From NCBI RefSeq assembly GCF_963921235.1, contig NC_086101.1, positions 130,696,001 to 130,760,000 of the forward strand: DNA of 64,000 nucleotides. The letters run 5' to 3'. This document shows positions 10,950-23,510 of the stretch, piece after piece. The DNA is from Mobula hypostoma (taxonomy: Eukaryota). How positions within the stretch are numbered: the first letter of the stretch is position 1; each line of letters starts with the position of its first letter. Made by a program: the position numbers and the translations under genes. The notes beneath the pieces were generated by a model, which saw only the letters and a list, made by a program, of their open reading frames with translations, ran no database searches and was not told the origin of the DNA.

Positions 10950-13397
10950 TACCTCTTCCTAGAGATGCTGCCTGGCCTGCTGCGTTCACCAGCAACTTTG
11001 ATGTGCAATGCCTTTAAAGTGTTTTATTTCTGTCATTGTGAATCCTGCGGACAAGGAAGGTTCCAGCTGGGATCGACAGTAATTTTAAGTCCTTGAGGGA
11101 TTCTTTACTTCAGGAAAGTCTCTCCTAATTGACTGTATAAATCTCTTGGATTTTCAAATTTACCATTCTAAGAACTGTGTTCTAATTTACCACTTTAAGA
11201 CTGTGTTCGCATTTACCACTTTAAGAACTAGTACTGCATTTGGCGGTTTGTTAAATGGCCACATAGCAGTTTACTTCCGGTTAAGGTTTTCGTTTTTTTT
11301 ATCTTTTTACTCATTTTGAGCAGAGTTTAATAAATGTTTATTTGTTTATAAAACCTGACTCATCTCTATATTCATTGTTGCTGGTCACGTGACAGTCTCC
11401 ATTCAAATGTGCAATTATAGTAAATTATAATAAATATTATCTACAACAGGATAGTCTATATAACATAGAAATACAGTTGTGTCACCATGAATTAAGCAGT
11501 ATGATGGCCTGGTGGAAGAAGCTGTCCTGCACCCTTTTGGTCCTGCCTTTTATGTTGCGGTACCTTGCCCAGACGGTAGCAGTGGAACAGTTTGTGCTTG
11601 GGGTGATTCAGGTCTCCAATGATCCTTCGTGTCCTTTTTACACACTTGTCTTTGTAAATGTCCTGAATAGTGGGAAATTCACATCTACAGATGCGCTGTG
11701 CTGTCTGCACCACTCTCTGCAGAGTCCTGTGATTGAGGGAAGTACAATCCCCATACTAGGCAGTGATGCAGCCAGTCATGATGCTCTCAATTGTGCCCCT
11801 ATGGAAAGTTCTTAGGATATGGGGACCCATACCAAACTACTTCAATCATCTGAGGTGAATGAGGTGAGAGAGGTGCTGTTGTGCCTTTTTCACCACACAG
11901 CTGGTATGTACAGGCCACATGAAATCCTTGGTGATGTTTATGCTGAGGAATTTAAAGCTGTTTACCCTCTCAACCCCAGATCCATTGATGTCAATAGGGG
12001 TTAGTCTGTCTCCATTCATCCTGTAGTCCCCAACCAGCTCCTTTGTTCTTGTGACATTGAGGGAGAGGTTATTTTCTTGACACCACTGTGTCAGGGTGAT
12101 GACTTCCTCTCTGTAGGCTAGCTCATTATTGTTTGAGATTAGGCCATTAATGTAGTGTCTTCAGGAAATTATGTGAGTTTTTGAAAAAAATGGATAAATG
12201 TAGGATTAGTATACTATAAGTAGTTGCTTCAAGGATACTATGGATTGGATGGGCCAAAGTACCTGTTTCTATGCTCTTCCATGATCCTGTCTTGTAATCT
12301 GGAGCCCAAAACACTATTCCAATTGTGACCATCTCAGGTCTCTGTAAGTTATACATAATTTCCATTCATTTTAATTTACTACTTGAAGTTTAACTCTCTC
12401 TGGCATCCATTAAAAGTTTGGAATGTAGAGCACTCCTTTGAAGTTTCCAGCAAATTGATGAGACATTAATTTAATGCATTTAAATTCATGCTTGTATCCA
12501 ACAGCTTCCTGGCCTGCATGAGCTCAGTTACATCTCTGCCTGGTACATATCTCTGATGAGCAGTCAGGGGAATTACAGAGGATGTTGTAAAAAAGATGTA
12601 GCGAGCAAAATATTAAGAACAGACAATTAATCCCATTGCAATGAAAATAAAATTTGCTGTATTGGAAGTCTGTTGCTTTAATCAGCTTTTAAGTTAGACA
12701 AGAGTGAGTTTATAGCTTCCTCTGAAATGCCAGTGTATATCAACATTTAAATAAAGGTCAGTTCAAGGTTAGACCTTATCTGCATATGGTGCCCATCCAT
12801 TATTAACAGTGGGTCATTCTCACACTAAGAGCGACAATGTGCGCTGTCAGCATGAGGAATGAAAAGGTTACCGCTGAAAAGAAAGCAGAGCTGACATTTC
12901 AGTTTTTAACATAAGTCTTGGCTAAAGGAATGCTGACTGCCAGAACTATTGGCTGGGAGCTCAGTGCCTCTGAACTGTTTTTCATCTCGTAAACTCTTTT
13001 TTTTATCAAACAAAAGAGTTTTCCATCAGTGATGCTGTGTGATATATGCTTCTGTGCACTGCAGCAGTCCCTGGTGCATTTTCTACGTGTCATTGCTTTA
13101 CCCTTCTACTTAAATGGATTGACACATCTAAGACTTCTGATAAGGAAAGAATGTGAATGGAAATGTGACAGATCATGAAAGTCCTTATTTCTGTCTAGAA
13201 AACCAGCCAGCCTCCTCCTGCTCACTGATAACGGCCTCTCATGTCTTTCCATCATTTCTACTGACCCCTCTACTTCCTTTGTGTTTTCAGACTGGTTTGT
13301 GTGCTACTCAGTCCTGGAGGAATTGGAATCTATTTTAACCAAGTGTTGGGTGCAATGAGCCAACTTTGGTTCACGCATCCAAAATCTAAATCCTTAA

Positions 13398-13650
13398 GTG
13401 CAGCAGAGTAGCGTTGTGGTTGGTGTAATGTTAGTGCAGCACCAGTGACTCCAGGTCAGTTCCACTGCTGCCTCTAAGGAGTTTGTATGCTCTCCCCATG
13501 ACTATGTGCATTTCCTACAGGTGCTCCAGTTTACTCCCACGTGCCATAGATGTACGGGTTAGCAGCTTATTTGGTGCCATGGATGCAATTGGACGTCACG
13601 GGCTCATTGAGACGGGAAGGTCTCTTTCTGTGCTGTATCTCTAAATAAAT
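13398..13650 (+). mobile_element. HE1-like tRNA-derived SINE
   Basis: Core ggagtttgtatgctctccccatgact...gtgctccagtttactcccac; tail gtgctgtatctctaaataaa. Confidence 0.75.
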
Positions 13651-14163
13651 TTAAAAAAAGACGGTCAAGTCTCATCTCATCTTGTCAAGCTCATTTTATT
13701 GCACAAGCACAGTGAGGTGCAGGTAGAATTAAAAGCTTGCTTGCAGCAACATCACAGGCATGTAGGCTCAGGCAACACACAGAATATAAATTATGCAGAA
13801 ATTGCACTAATATGTCAGGGAAAAGACAAAACAAGACATTAGTGGAAAAAGAAACACAACTGATAGAGTGTCCTTTCTCAGTCACTACCTCAAGCTGAAG
13901 CAGACAAGTCCTAGGTCTACCATTCCATTCAATCCATCTTTTTTTGCAAAAAAGTGTCTCACTCAGAATAAACATAGACAATGAATATTCTTTCAGATAG
14001 CAATAAACATCTATAGGTAGATCTCATAATAAAGTGTGCAGTCCATGGCAGGGAGTTGGTATGCTTCTCCCTGAACAGTAAAGTTCAAGGAGATTAAGTC
14101 ATGACTAATAGAAACAGAACTAAAGAATAAGACCAGTCCCTGATTTTTTTGTAATTTATAGAG

Positions 14164-14246
14164 CAGGGGTTCCCAACCTGGGGTCCATAGACCCCTTGTT
14201 TAGTGCTATTTGTCTATGATATTAAAAAAAAAGTTGGAAAACCCTG
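14164..14246. mobile_element. hAT-Charlie MITE (83 bp)
   Basis: TIRs CAGGGGTTCCCAAC / GTTGGAAAACCCTG; degenerate 8-bp TSD ttatagag/ctatataa. Confidence 0.75.
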
Positions 14247-14280
14247 CTATATAAAACCTTTCCCCAACATTTTTTTCCAT

Positions 14281-14880
14281 CTTCAACTGTGCAAACTTCA
14301 ATTAATAGGTTGGCAGCAGGGAATAGTAATAACCATTGTTCATTGACCTTGGCAATGATCATGGCACCATTGCATCTGAGACTAACGGTCTTGGGTTCAA
14401 GGTTCATTCCTGGAACTTGAGCACTTAATCCAGGTTAATATTCTAATATAGCACTGATGCAGTCCAAGGCACTACTATTTCAGAGATACAAGCAGAGGCT
14501 CTATCAGTCCTTTATCTGAGTGTAAATTTTTTTCAGGTCACCAGAAAAGGAAAGAAAAAAATACTGCTGCTTAAGATGGTGCTTTGTATGAACTGGAATG
14601 TCTTGGTTCCTGCAGCAAATTATACATAATTGAAGTATAGCCACAGTTATGATACAGGAAATGCCGCAAGCACAAGACATACAGTGACATTTCACAAACA
14701 GCAATAATCCATTGATGGATGTGGACATGTATAGGCCAGGACACCAAGAAGAGCTCCACTACTCTGTCATAAACATTAGTCTCAGATAAAATGCTGCCAT
14801 GGCCATTGCCAAGGTCAATGAACAATGGTTATTACTATTCTCTGCTGCTAACCTATTAATTTAAGTTGGCACAGTTGAAG
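14281..14880. repeat. 105-bp inverted duplication flanking a rearranged Deu/SacSINE-like SINE
   Basis: 14281-14385 vs reverse complement of 14776-14880: 96/105 identical by eye; 390-bp spacer. Confidence 0.9.
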
Positions 14881-15647
14881 TTGAAGTTAGACCCCAGATT
14901 GGGAACTCTTGTTCTATAGATTCCAATAAAATCAAGAACACGCCTTATTCCTTAGTTCTCTTTCTATTAGTCATGGTTTAATCTTGAGCTTTACTGTTAA
15001 GGGAGATGCATGCCAACTTCCTGCCATAGATCCACACACTTCATTCTGAAGTTTATCTATGGCTGCTGTACTGCTCTCTGAAAGAATATTCATTGTATAT
15101 GTTTTTCTGGTCTTTAGCAGGCAATAACTGGACCTCAAAGTCCACCAACTACTTTTGATGCAGACCTGCAAGATTAGACAGCAAAAAGGAAGTTATTGCT
15201 AATTATTTTACTTTCATGTTTTTAAATAGCTGTGTTTCATGTTAACAATTTTTCTTATTTTAAATTGTTTCATTTTTTATTCTAAATAATATCGTCATTT
15301 TTCAAATATTTTCAATATTGATAGATTTTCAATAGCCTTAACATAATGTCAACTTATTAATATTATAATATTTTCATTTTAGAATAAAAAAACACACATC
15401 AATTGCTTCCTGATGCAAAGAAATTCACATTTTCTGATATTGCACAAACATCCACTTATGCACTGTGGCCAAGCTAATCTGATCACTGGCTGAAAATAAC
15501 CCATCCATAAATCTATTAAACTTTTGTGACAGTGTGTTTTAATTTGGCATTCATCACACAATTCTGTTGAGCTCCCAAAGTACATCTTTGCCCACACTTA
15601 AAGCTGTTATTGTGAACTGATCTTGTCAAAAAAAATGAAGAATTTAG

Positions 15648-16512
15648 TGGAGCTAAAGATGGCGCCAGAGGGCAACTTCTCCCAGCTCGTCTGTGGAACA
15701 GTTTAAATTATTCTTCTTTCTAATGCCTCTTATTTCCTTTTCAAGGTGGCTGAGGTCCGGTCAGAGTCCATGATCTACAGTTGCACTCAAACTGCAGTTC
15801 TTCACAGTGGTGAGTTCCAGTTCTCGGAGTTCACCGATTGGACACACTTTGGTATCTCCAGTAGCAGCCTGGAAGACAGATGCTTTTGGAGTGAGGCCTA
15901 GCACAGCCCTGTGGACCTGATTTCTCACCGGTGTCACCAACTGAAGCATCGTGGGAGATCAGAACATTGAGACAGCAGGTGCGGCTGTTGGAGGCCTCTG
16001 CACTTGGGCAACGACTCTCTCTCTCTCAATGGTGAATGAGAGTTTGCTGACAATTCTCAAACTGGGGAAACACAAACCAAAATCAGTGCTACAGACTGTA
16101 GCATTGAAACAGGGAGCTTTTCATCTCTCCTCTCGCTGTAAAAGGAGTGATATCTCTCTCTCCCTTGTTAGTGAGAGAAGGAGACAAGGATGTTGAACTG
16201 TTGGGATGGAAAGTGGTTTTTGATAGACTGTTGATCGTGTTCTCTCTTTGGGGGCTTTGTTGTTCCTTGTATGGTGGGTGGTGGGGGAGCTGATGCTTCC
16301 TGCTGGATTAAGAGGGGAAGAGAGAAGGGGTAAGTGTTGATGCTTTTGCTACTGCTTGTGTTTGGGGGAGGGAGTGGCTTCGGGGTTCTTATGCTTTACC
16401 TGTCCTTCATCCTTGTGGTTTTTCTTCTGTTTTGAGGATGTTAGTGGAGAGTAAGAATTTCAGGTTGTGTATTGTATACATTCACTGATATTATATAGAA
16501 CCATTGAACCAT
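15648..16512 (+). mobile_element. Non-autonomous element with AAGATGGCGCC head and (aaccattg)n tail
   Basis: Starts ggagctaaagatggcgcc, ends gaaccattgaaccatt; related pieces at 535-1500(-) and ~39485-40020. Confidence 0.6.
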
Positions 16513-17534
16513 TTCTGGTGATGTTTCTATGATGAACAGAATTCTTTGGGTAAGGAGTACTGAATTTTGAGTCTGTAACATAGAGCATAGAATAGGACAG
16601 CACAGCACAGGAACAGGCCCTTCAGCCCAAAATGTTGTACTGAACCAATTCAATTAGTAATCAATTGGCTAACTAAACTATATTTCTTCTGCCTACACAA
16701 CGTCCATATCTTTCCATTTGCTCACATTCATGTGCCTATCCAAGTGTCTCGTAAAAGTCTGTAATGATTTTAACTCCACCCACCACCCCAGGCAGCGCAT
16801 TCCAGACACCCGCTACTCTCTTTGTATAAAAACTGCCCTTCACATTTCCTTTGAAATTATCCTCTCTCACCTCTGGTTTTAGGTATTTCAACCCTTGGGA
16901 AAAGATATTCTCTATATACTCTATCTATGCCTTTCATAATCTTATAAACCCCCTTAGAACTCCCCTCAGCCTCCACTGTTCCAGAGAAATCAACACAAAT
17001 GTATCCAGCCTCTCGTCACAGCAAGTGCCCTCTAATCAAAGCAACATCCTGGTAAAACTCTTCTGCACCCTCTCCAAAGCCTTAACATCCTTCCTTTAAT
17101 GGGGTAACCAGAACTGTATGCAGTGTTCCAGATGTGGTCTAACTAGAGGTTAATAAAGCTGCAAAATAACTTCCTGACTTTTGAACTCAATACCCTGACT
17201 AATAAAGACAAGTATGTCATATGCCTTTTAACCACCCTATCAAATTGTGTAGTCACTTTCGAGGAGTGATGAACATGGACCCCAAGATCCCTCTGTTCAT
17301 CAACACTATTAAGGATCTTGCCTTTAAACGTTCACTGTCTTTTCATTTTCCACGTTAAACATTATCTGCCATTATTCTTCCATATCTGCAGCTGATCTCT
17401 ATCCTGTTGTATTCTTTTCCAGTCTTCTATGCTATCCACAGCACCCCCTATCTTTGTATCATCTGCAGACTTACGATCCCACTCATCCACTCTTTCATCC
17501 AGAGCATTTATATACATCACTAACAGTAGAGGAC

Positions 17535-18510
17535 AGAATCAGATTACTACCACCAGCATGTGACGCGAAATCTGTTAACTTAGCAGCAATACCAGACAGT
17601 GATTCAGCCAGTCAGAATGCTCTCCGCTTTACATCCATAGAAGTTTTTGAGTATATTTGTTGACATACTAAATCTTTTCAAACTCCTAATGAAGCATAGA
17701 CACTGTCTTGCTTTATTTATAACTGCATTGATATATTGAGATCAGGTTAGAAGATCTTGACACCCAGGAACTTGAAACTGCTCACTCTTTCCACTTCTGA
17801 TCCCTCTATGAGGATTGGTATGTGTTCCTTTGTCTTACCCTTCCTGAAGTCCACAATCAGCTCTTTTGTCTTACTGACATTGAGTGTCAGGTTGTTGCTG
17901 TGGTACCACTCCACTAGTTGGCATATTTCACTCCCGTACGCCCTCTCGTCACCATCTGAGATTCTACCAACAATGGTTATATTGTTAGCAAATTTATAGA
18001 TGGTATTTGAGCTATGCCTAGCCACACAGGCATGGGTATATAGAGGGTAGAGCAGTGGGCTAAGCACACACCTCTGAGGTGCAGCTGTGTTGATCATCAG
18101 CGAGGAGGAGTTGTTATCACCAATGCGCACAGATCGTGGTATTCTGGTTCAGAAGTCGAGGATCCAATTGCAGAGGGAGGTACAGAGGCCCAGGTTCTGC
18201 AACTTCTCAATCAGGATTGTGGGAATGATGGTGTTTGATGCTGAGCTATAATCGATGAACAGCATCCTGCCATAGGTGTTTGTATTGTCCAGGTAGTCTA
18301 AGGCCATGTGAAGAGCCATTGAGATTGCATCTGCCATTGACCTATTGTGGCGATAGGCAAATTGCAATGGGTCCAGGTCCTTGCTGAGGCAGGAGTTCAG
18401 TCTAGTCATGACCAACCTCTCAGAGTATTTTGTCACTGTCGATGTGAGTCCTACCAGGCGATAGTCATTAAGGCAGCTCATATTATTGTTCTTAGGCACT
18501 GGTATAATTG
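17535..18510 (-). mobile_element. Rex1/Babar LINE RT fragment, internally deleted
   Basis: [39 protein letters not shown]. Confidence 0.85.
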
Positions 18511-18700
18511 TTCCCAGTACAGATCCCTGTTGAGCACCACTAATTACAGATCTCCAGCTAGAATAAGTCCCTTCGACCTCTACCCTCTATCTTCTAGGGG
18601 TATGCCAGTTTTGAATCCAAATGGATAACTCACCATGGATCCCATGCATCTTAATCTTCTGGATGAGCCTCCCAAGAGGGACTTTGTCAAATATCTTACT

Positions 18701-19270
18701 GGAGGAGGCCCTCCATCGTGTCAACCATGGATGTTGTATCCTAACTGTTGATATGCAAGCCAGTGCAGTATGATATGGTGAGCAATCTGTTTCCCACGCA
18801 ACAGGCGCCCCATCTCCATGCGGCTTGTGAATCCAAAGGATCAGCAGAAACTATAACAGTTTGGCACCATAGCAGCATAGCAGGAGTTGCCAGCCAACAT
18901 TGAACTTAGGACTGCCTAAGGACCATCTCTGGACTTCTCTTCAGGGTTTACTCCTGAAGCCTTCCCCATGAGTGGGTATAGCTACAAGGCAGCAGAGGTT
19001 TGAGATCAGAGATTCCTTCTCCTAGATGAGCTGCCAAAAACAGCCAATGAGCCCCATCTTTGCAAAGCAACTGGTTTTAAGGTAGCAGTAGCTTACACTT
19101 TCCCTTCATCCGTCAGTAGAAATGGTTCAGCCGGGCTTAGCAGCTAAGCCATACGTAAAGCCCAGGAGCTTGCCCTGGTTGTCAGAGGCTATTTAAAATG
19201 CATGCATTGGGAGCATTAATATTGTGGGAGCTCCTTCCCACTAACAATCCCAGATATGACAACCTTAAGG
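18701..19270 (-). mobile_element. Non-autonomous RTE-like element (~570 bp)
   Basis: Interrupts CR1 with TSD-like aatatcttact/aatgcttact; RTE 5'UTR-like segment ggcagctcatctaggagaagg...ctcaaacctc; no ORF. Confidence 0.65.
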
Positions 19271-19489
19271 AATGCTTACTAAAATCCACGTATACAACAT
19301 ACACAACTTTAGTAACAAAGATGCACTTGCAACATTTTGGGACCAGGATATTTTTTAAACCTTGCTTGCAAATTTGTAGAAGACAGCATTCCCATTCACC
19401 TTTATTCCATATAAAATTATTCAATAGGTAGCTATGAGTTTTATAATCCCAACACCACAGAAGCCATTACATTAACTCTGGAGTATACA

Positions 19490-20598
19490 GATACTTTATA
19501 CTTTATACTTTATTGTCACCAAACAATTGATACTAGAGTGTACAATCATCACAGTGATATTTGATTCTGCGCTTCCCGCTCCCTGGATTACAAATATTAA
19601 ATATTAAAAGTATTAAAAATAGTAAAAATTAGTAAATATTAAACATTTAAATAATAAATCATAAATAGAAATTAGAAAAATGGAAAGTAAGGTAGTGCAA
19701 AAAAACCGAGAGGCAGGTCCGGAAATTTGGAGGGTACAGCCCAGATCTGGGTCAGGATCCGTTCAGCAGTCTGATCACAGTTGGAAAGAAGCTGTTCCCA
19801 AATCTGGCCATATGAGTCTTCAAGCTCCTGAGCCTTGTCCTGGAGGGAAGAGGGACAAAAAGTGTGTTGGCTGGGTCGGTCGTGTCCTTGATTATCCTGG
19901 CAGCACTGCTCCGACAGCGTGCGGTGTAAAGTGAGTCCAAGGACGGAAGATTGGTTTGTGTGATGTGCTGCACCGTGTTCATGATCTTCTGCAGCTTCTT
20001 TCTGTCTTGGACAGGACAACTTCCATGCCAGGTTGTGATGCACCCCAGAAGAATGCTTTCTATGGTGCATCTATAAAAATTAGCAAGGGTTTTAGGGGAT
20101 AGGCCAAATTTCTTTAGTTTTCTCAGGAAGTAAAGGCGCTGGTGGGCCTCGTTGGCAATGAACTCTGTTTGGTTGGACCACGTCAAGTCATTTGTGATAT
20201 TGATTCTCAGGAATTTAAAGCTTTTGACCTGTTCCACTTGCACACCACCGATGTAAATTGGGTCGTGCGGTCCACTACTCCTTCTGAAGTCAACAACCAA
20301 TTCCTTTGTCTTGCTGACGTTGAGGGATAGGTTATTGTCTTCGCACCATGCCACCAGGTTCTAATTTCCTCTCTGTACTCAAACTCATCATTACCCGAGA
20401 TACGGCCTACAATTGTGTCATTAGCAAACTTATATATTGGGTTTGATGGAAACTTGGCTACACAATCATGGGTGTACAGTGAGTACAGCAGGGGGCTGAG
20501 TACACAGCCTTGTGGGGCACCGGTGCTCAGAGTTATTGTAGAGGAGAGCTTGTCCCCTATCTTTACAGCCTGCGTCCTGTCTGTGAGGAAGTTGAAGA
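19490..20598 (-). mobile_element. Rex1/Babar LINE 3' fragment, well preserved
   Basis: TGAPQGCVLSPLLYSLYT, 200-aa C-terminal ORF 19752-20354, (tacttta)n tail. Confidence 0.9.
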
Positions 20599-21794
20599 TG
20601 TTTAGATTTCTGCTATGCAGTTGACAATTAGTAGAGTTGACGTTTTTCAGTACAGGCATTTGATTCACAAAACTGCTTCATGCTCCAGCAATGAGTGTAC
20701 CACTGCCTGTCCTTTTGGAGCACACTGTACCAATACACCCATTATGCTCTTTACTCAGCCTTTCCATTTATAAAATTTTGCTTACAGTAATATTTTTGAG
20801 ATGCAATACCCTGGTTTAGGACTATGCTTTATTTTATTAATACAATTATGCTGTGGGATTTAATGATTTTGCAGATCTCCTGAAAATGCAAGTCTATATA
20901 AAAAAAATTCCTTTTATTACATTATACAATTGAGTATTTCATTCTTGCTGCTTAAAATAAAATTTCAGTTGATTAGCAAGTTAGGCTTGTTGAATTAGCC
21001 AATAAGACTTGTCTTGATTTGACCAGTAAGATGCCCAAGAAAAGCATGGGTAGCCATTTTTTAAAGGGAGCACAGGATTGTTTCAGGAAAGAAGGAGAAT
21101 GGATGTGGACAATAAACGTATCAGAAGAACGTTCATGAAACACTCACAGAACCAAATTTGGAAGGACAGATACAGATGTCAGAAAATTCTCATGGTCTCA
21201 CAGAGAATATGCAGATAAGTTTCAGCTAGCATACGACATTAGAGGAAGCTTGATGTCCTGTTCCTTGGACCTTGTGTGTGTGTATATATATATATGATGG
21301 GCCTCTGCTTATTTTGTTTGTTACAGCTTAAAATATTTAAATCTAAGTTTATACTGGTGTGAGCTGAATTATTGCTTCTTGATGAATGGTGAATTTGCAT
21401 GTGTGTGTCAGTAGTTATACAGTTAATAGTCTTATTTTTCCCTTAGAAGAGCTTTCAAACTGTTATGTTTTTGTGATTACCTGAATCATATCCATCCTAG
21501 ACCTGTTTATTTACTGGTAATGGCCTGTTCATCCTTATTACCATGCATTGTGAAGCTATGTTGCTTTCAGGTTGTATTCACAGTAATAGCTAACTCATTA
21601 GGAGCCAACAAAAGGACATTGAGAAATTATCATGCGTTCTACTGGTTAGTAACCACTCCTGAACTGCACAAATTAAAGATTTGGCCATCATTGTCTCCTA
21701 TTTCCTAGAGATATGACATCCTACTAGCCTAAAAATAAAGACAAAATGATTCTTCCACTAATGCTAATGTTGTAGTGAGGTTTCCTGGGACATA

Positions 21795-21880
21795 TCAAGT
21801 CAGGTCAAGTCAAATCAAATTTATTTATAAAGCACATTTAAAAACAACCCATGTTGACCAAAGTGCTGTACAAACCATAA
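21795..21880 (-). mobile_element. L2-type LINE 3' end
   Basis: (tcaag)n tail plus atttatttataaagcacatttaaaaacaac...gaccaaagtgctgtaca. Confidence 0.55.
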
Positions 21881-22201
21881 CGGGTAGCTAAAATCACAAA
21901 TACAAGAAACACAGATATAAACAACAAGGCACACAGCCAAAAAACAGCCACATGCATATATGCACCATTTTATCTTCATACCTAGCCTGGCATGTATTTA
22001 TCTAGTGCAAAGGAAAACTGAAGCTTTAAGGTTGGTTGGTTGCTTTACATTGGAAGTTTAATAAGTTCTTCGGGCTTGTGTGGGGCACCAGAGAGCACTG
22101 TGCTCCAAAGATTTTTAAAGCACCTGAATGGGTTAATTGTTGTTTAACGACAGTCCTTAGTTGTTTAGTGTTCCTTGTTTTTTCTTGAATAATTTGCTCT
22201 T

Positions 22202-22462
22202 TGTAATGCGATTCCCTGGTGCTTTCTGTTGGGGCTTGTTAAATTTACTTTGATTGGCTCAGGGATTCTGTGTTAGGTAGATGCCTGATTAGTGCTAATC
22301 GCAGGGTCCTAGTTTTGAGAATATAACTTCTCGAGGTGTAGCTCGGCTGAGCCGCTGATGTTGTTTGGAATTATTATGAATAAACTCTCATCGCCGTCTC
22401 TACATACGAGTCTGTCATTCCTCTGCACTTGGGTTCCAATATTGCCAACTCACATAGTGACA
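22202..22462 (+). mobile_element. LTR-like fragment
   Basis: aataaa followed by tctgcacttgggttcc...gtgaca, a typical fish Gypsy LTR 3' end; no TSD found. Confidence 0.35.
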
Positions 22463-22486
22463 GAAAGACTGTTACATGTTTATATC

Positions 22487-23510
22487 TTATAACAGGCTGC
22501 ATCAGGTTGTGTGTAGAACCCAGGTATGTGGGCACCAAGTACCACTATGTGCCCAGGTTCTACCTGTTGCCCTGGCTACAAAGGATGGGTCTGGCCCCAC
22601 TCCCGCGCAACGCCCCAGTCAGCTGGTCGTTGCTGGCATACCTGTCCTACGTAGAAAAGTTCTTCCAGGAGAACACCTTTGACCACAGGGCCATCAGGCA
22701 GTGGTCGGCATGGAATGTCCTGCTGGCATTGCAAGAGAAGGACGTCATGGACACAGTGGGGTGGTTCCCTGAGCAGACCGTCCAGTTCATCTGGCCAAAT
22801 GCCTCATCGCCAGATCTCACCAACAGGCACCAAGACCTCGCCTGGCTGGTGGTGAGAGGGGACCTCCCAGTCAGAGCCCTCCTGTACGCCCGGAACGTCG
22901 TCTCCGCACCCCACTGCCCTCGGGAGGACTGCAGCGAGGAGGAGTCTGTGACCCACCTCTTCGCACACTGTCAGTTCGCAAAGAAGGTGTGGAGGAGGAT
23001 GGACGGGCTAGTGTCACGTTTCATCCCCAGCAGCTGCGTAACAGAGGACTCTCTGATCTATGGGCTGTTCCCAGGGACGCACACGGAGACAAACATCCGA
23101 TGCTGCTGGCAGATCATCAACTCGGTGAAAGACGCTCTTTGGTCGGCCCGAAACTTGATGATCTACCAGCACATGGAGATGTCCGTGGGAGAATGCTGCC
23201 GACTGGCACATTCTCGGCTGCAGGAGTACGTGCTGAGGGACGCACTGAAACTCGGTGCAGCCACTGCAAGGGCCCGGTGGGGAAGGACCACGGTACAGAT
23301 TTCTCCACCTGCGGGAGTGGGAGGGGTCGGGTGGCGGGGAGTATGCCCATCAACAATGATGTGGTAAGGTGAACAACTGGAGTGCCACGTGGGTGGCCAT
23401 AAATATGGATATGTACTGATTTTAATGGAAACGTATGTAAAGGATGGAAAGTTATTGAATGGTTTATTGTATATATTTATTTTTGAATAAAGTATATTTT
23501 GATATTTAAA
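22487..23510 (+). mobile_element. Tx1-clade L1 LINE 3' end (ORF2 C-terminus with zf-RVT)
   Basis: Open frame to 23367 with CPREDCSEEESVTHLFAHC; CpG-rich; aataaa and A-rich tail; paralogue of ~62600-63585. Confidence 0.9.

Larger units (their letters stand above)
9589..11005 (-). mobile_element. Penelope-like element, 5'-truncated, with inverted 5' pseudo-LTR
   Basis: GIY-YIG ORF 10007-10333 (GVIYCVRCSLCGLEYIGETRRRLGDHFAEH); 3' pLTR 9589-~9780; inverted copy 10864-11005; 15-bp TSD cagtgcctttaaagt/caatgcctttaaagt. Confidence 0.92.
9094..11394 (+). mobile_element. Solo LTR (~870 bp without the nested Penelope)
   Basis: TGTTAC...GTGACA termini, exact 4-bp TSD gtct, TATA-like tatataag ~9216, aataaa ~11329. 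Confidence 0.85.
9030..12136 (-). mobile_element. Rex1/Babar-type LINE 3' fragment
   Basis: (aattg)n tail at 9030; C-terminal ORF fragment VQTAQRICRCEFPTIQDIYKDKC; related to 25900-28115. Confidence 0.8.
8600..12290 (+). mobile_element. HE1-type tRNA SINE with multiplied head, split by nested insertions (SINE parts ~8600-9030 and ~12140-12290)
   Basis: A/B-box-like TGGTAAAG...GGTTCACTCC; core ...tactgtaagttgcccctagt...; CR1-like tail gggccaaagtacctgtttctatgct after 12240. Confidence 0.65.
16579..19310 (-). mobile_element. HER1/CR1 LINE 3' portion with two nested insertions
   Basis: Tail catagagcatagaa...caggcccttcagccc; RT remnants (VYVDFSK at ~19280); resumes after 18510 and 19270. Confidence 0.8.

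Noticed and set aside
13250-13350. Strong 3' splice-site-like sequence (ctgac...ttttcag)
   Set aside because: No good downstream donor or recognisable peptide
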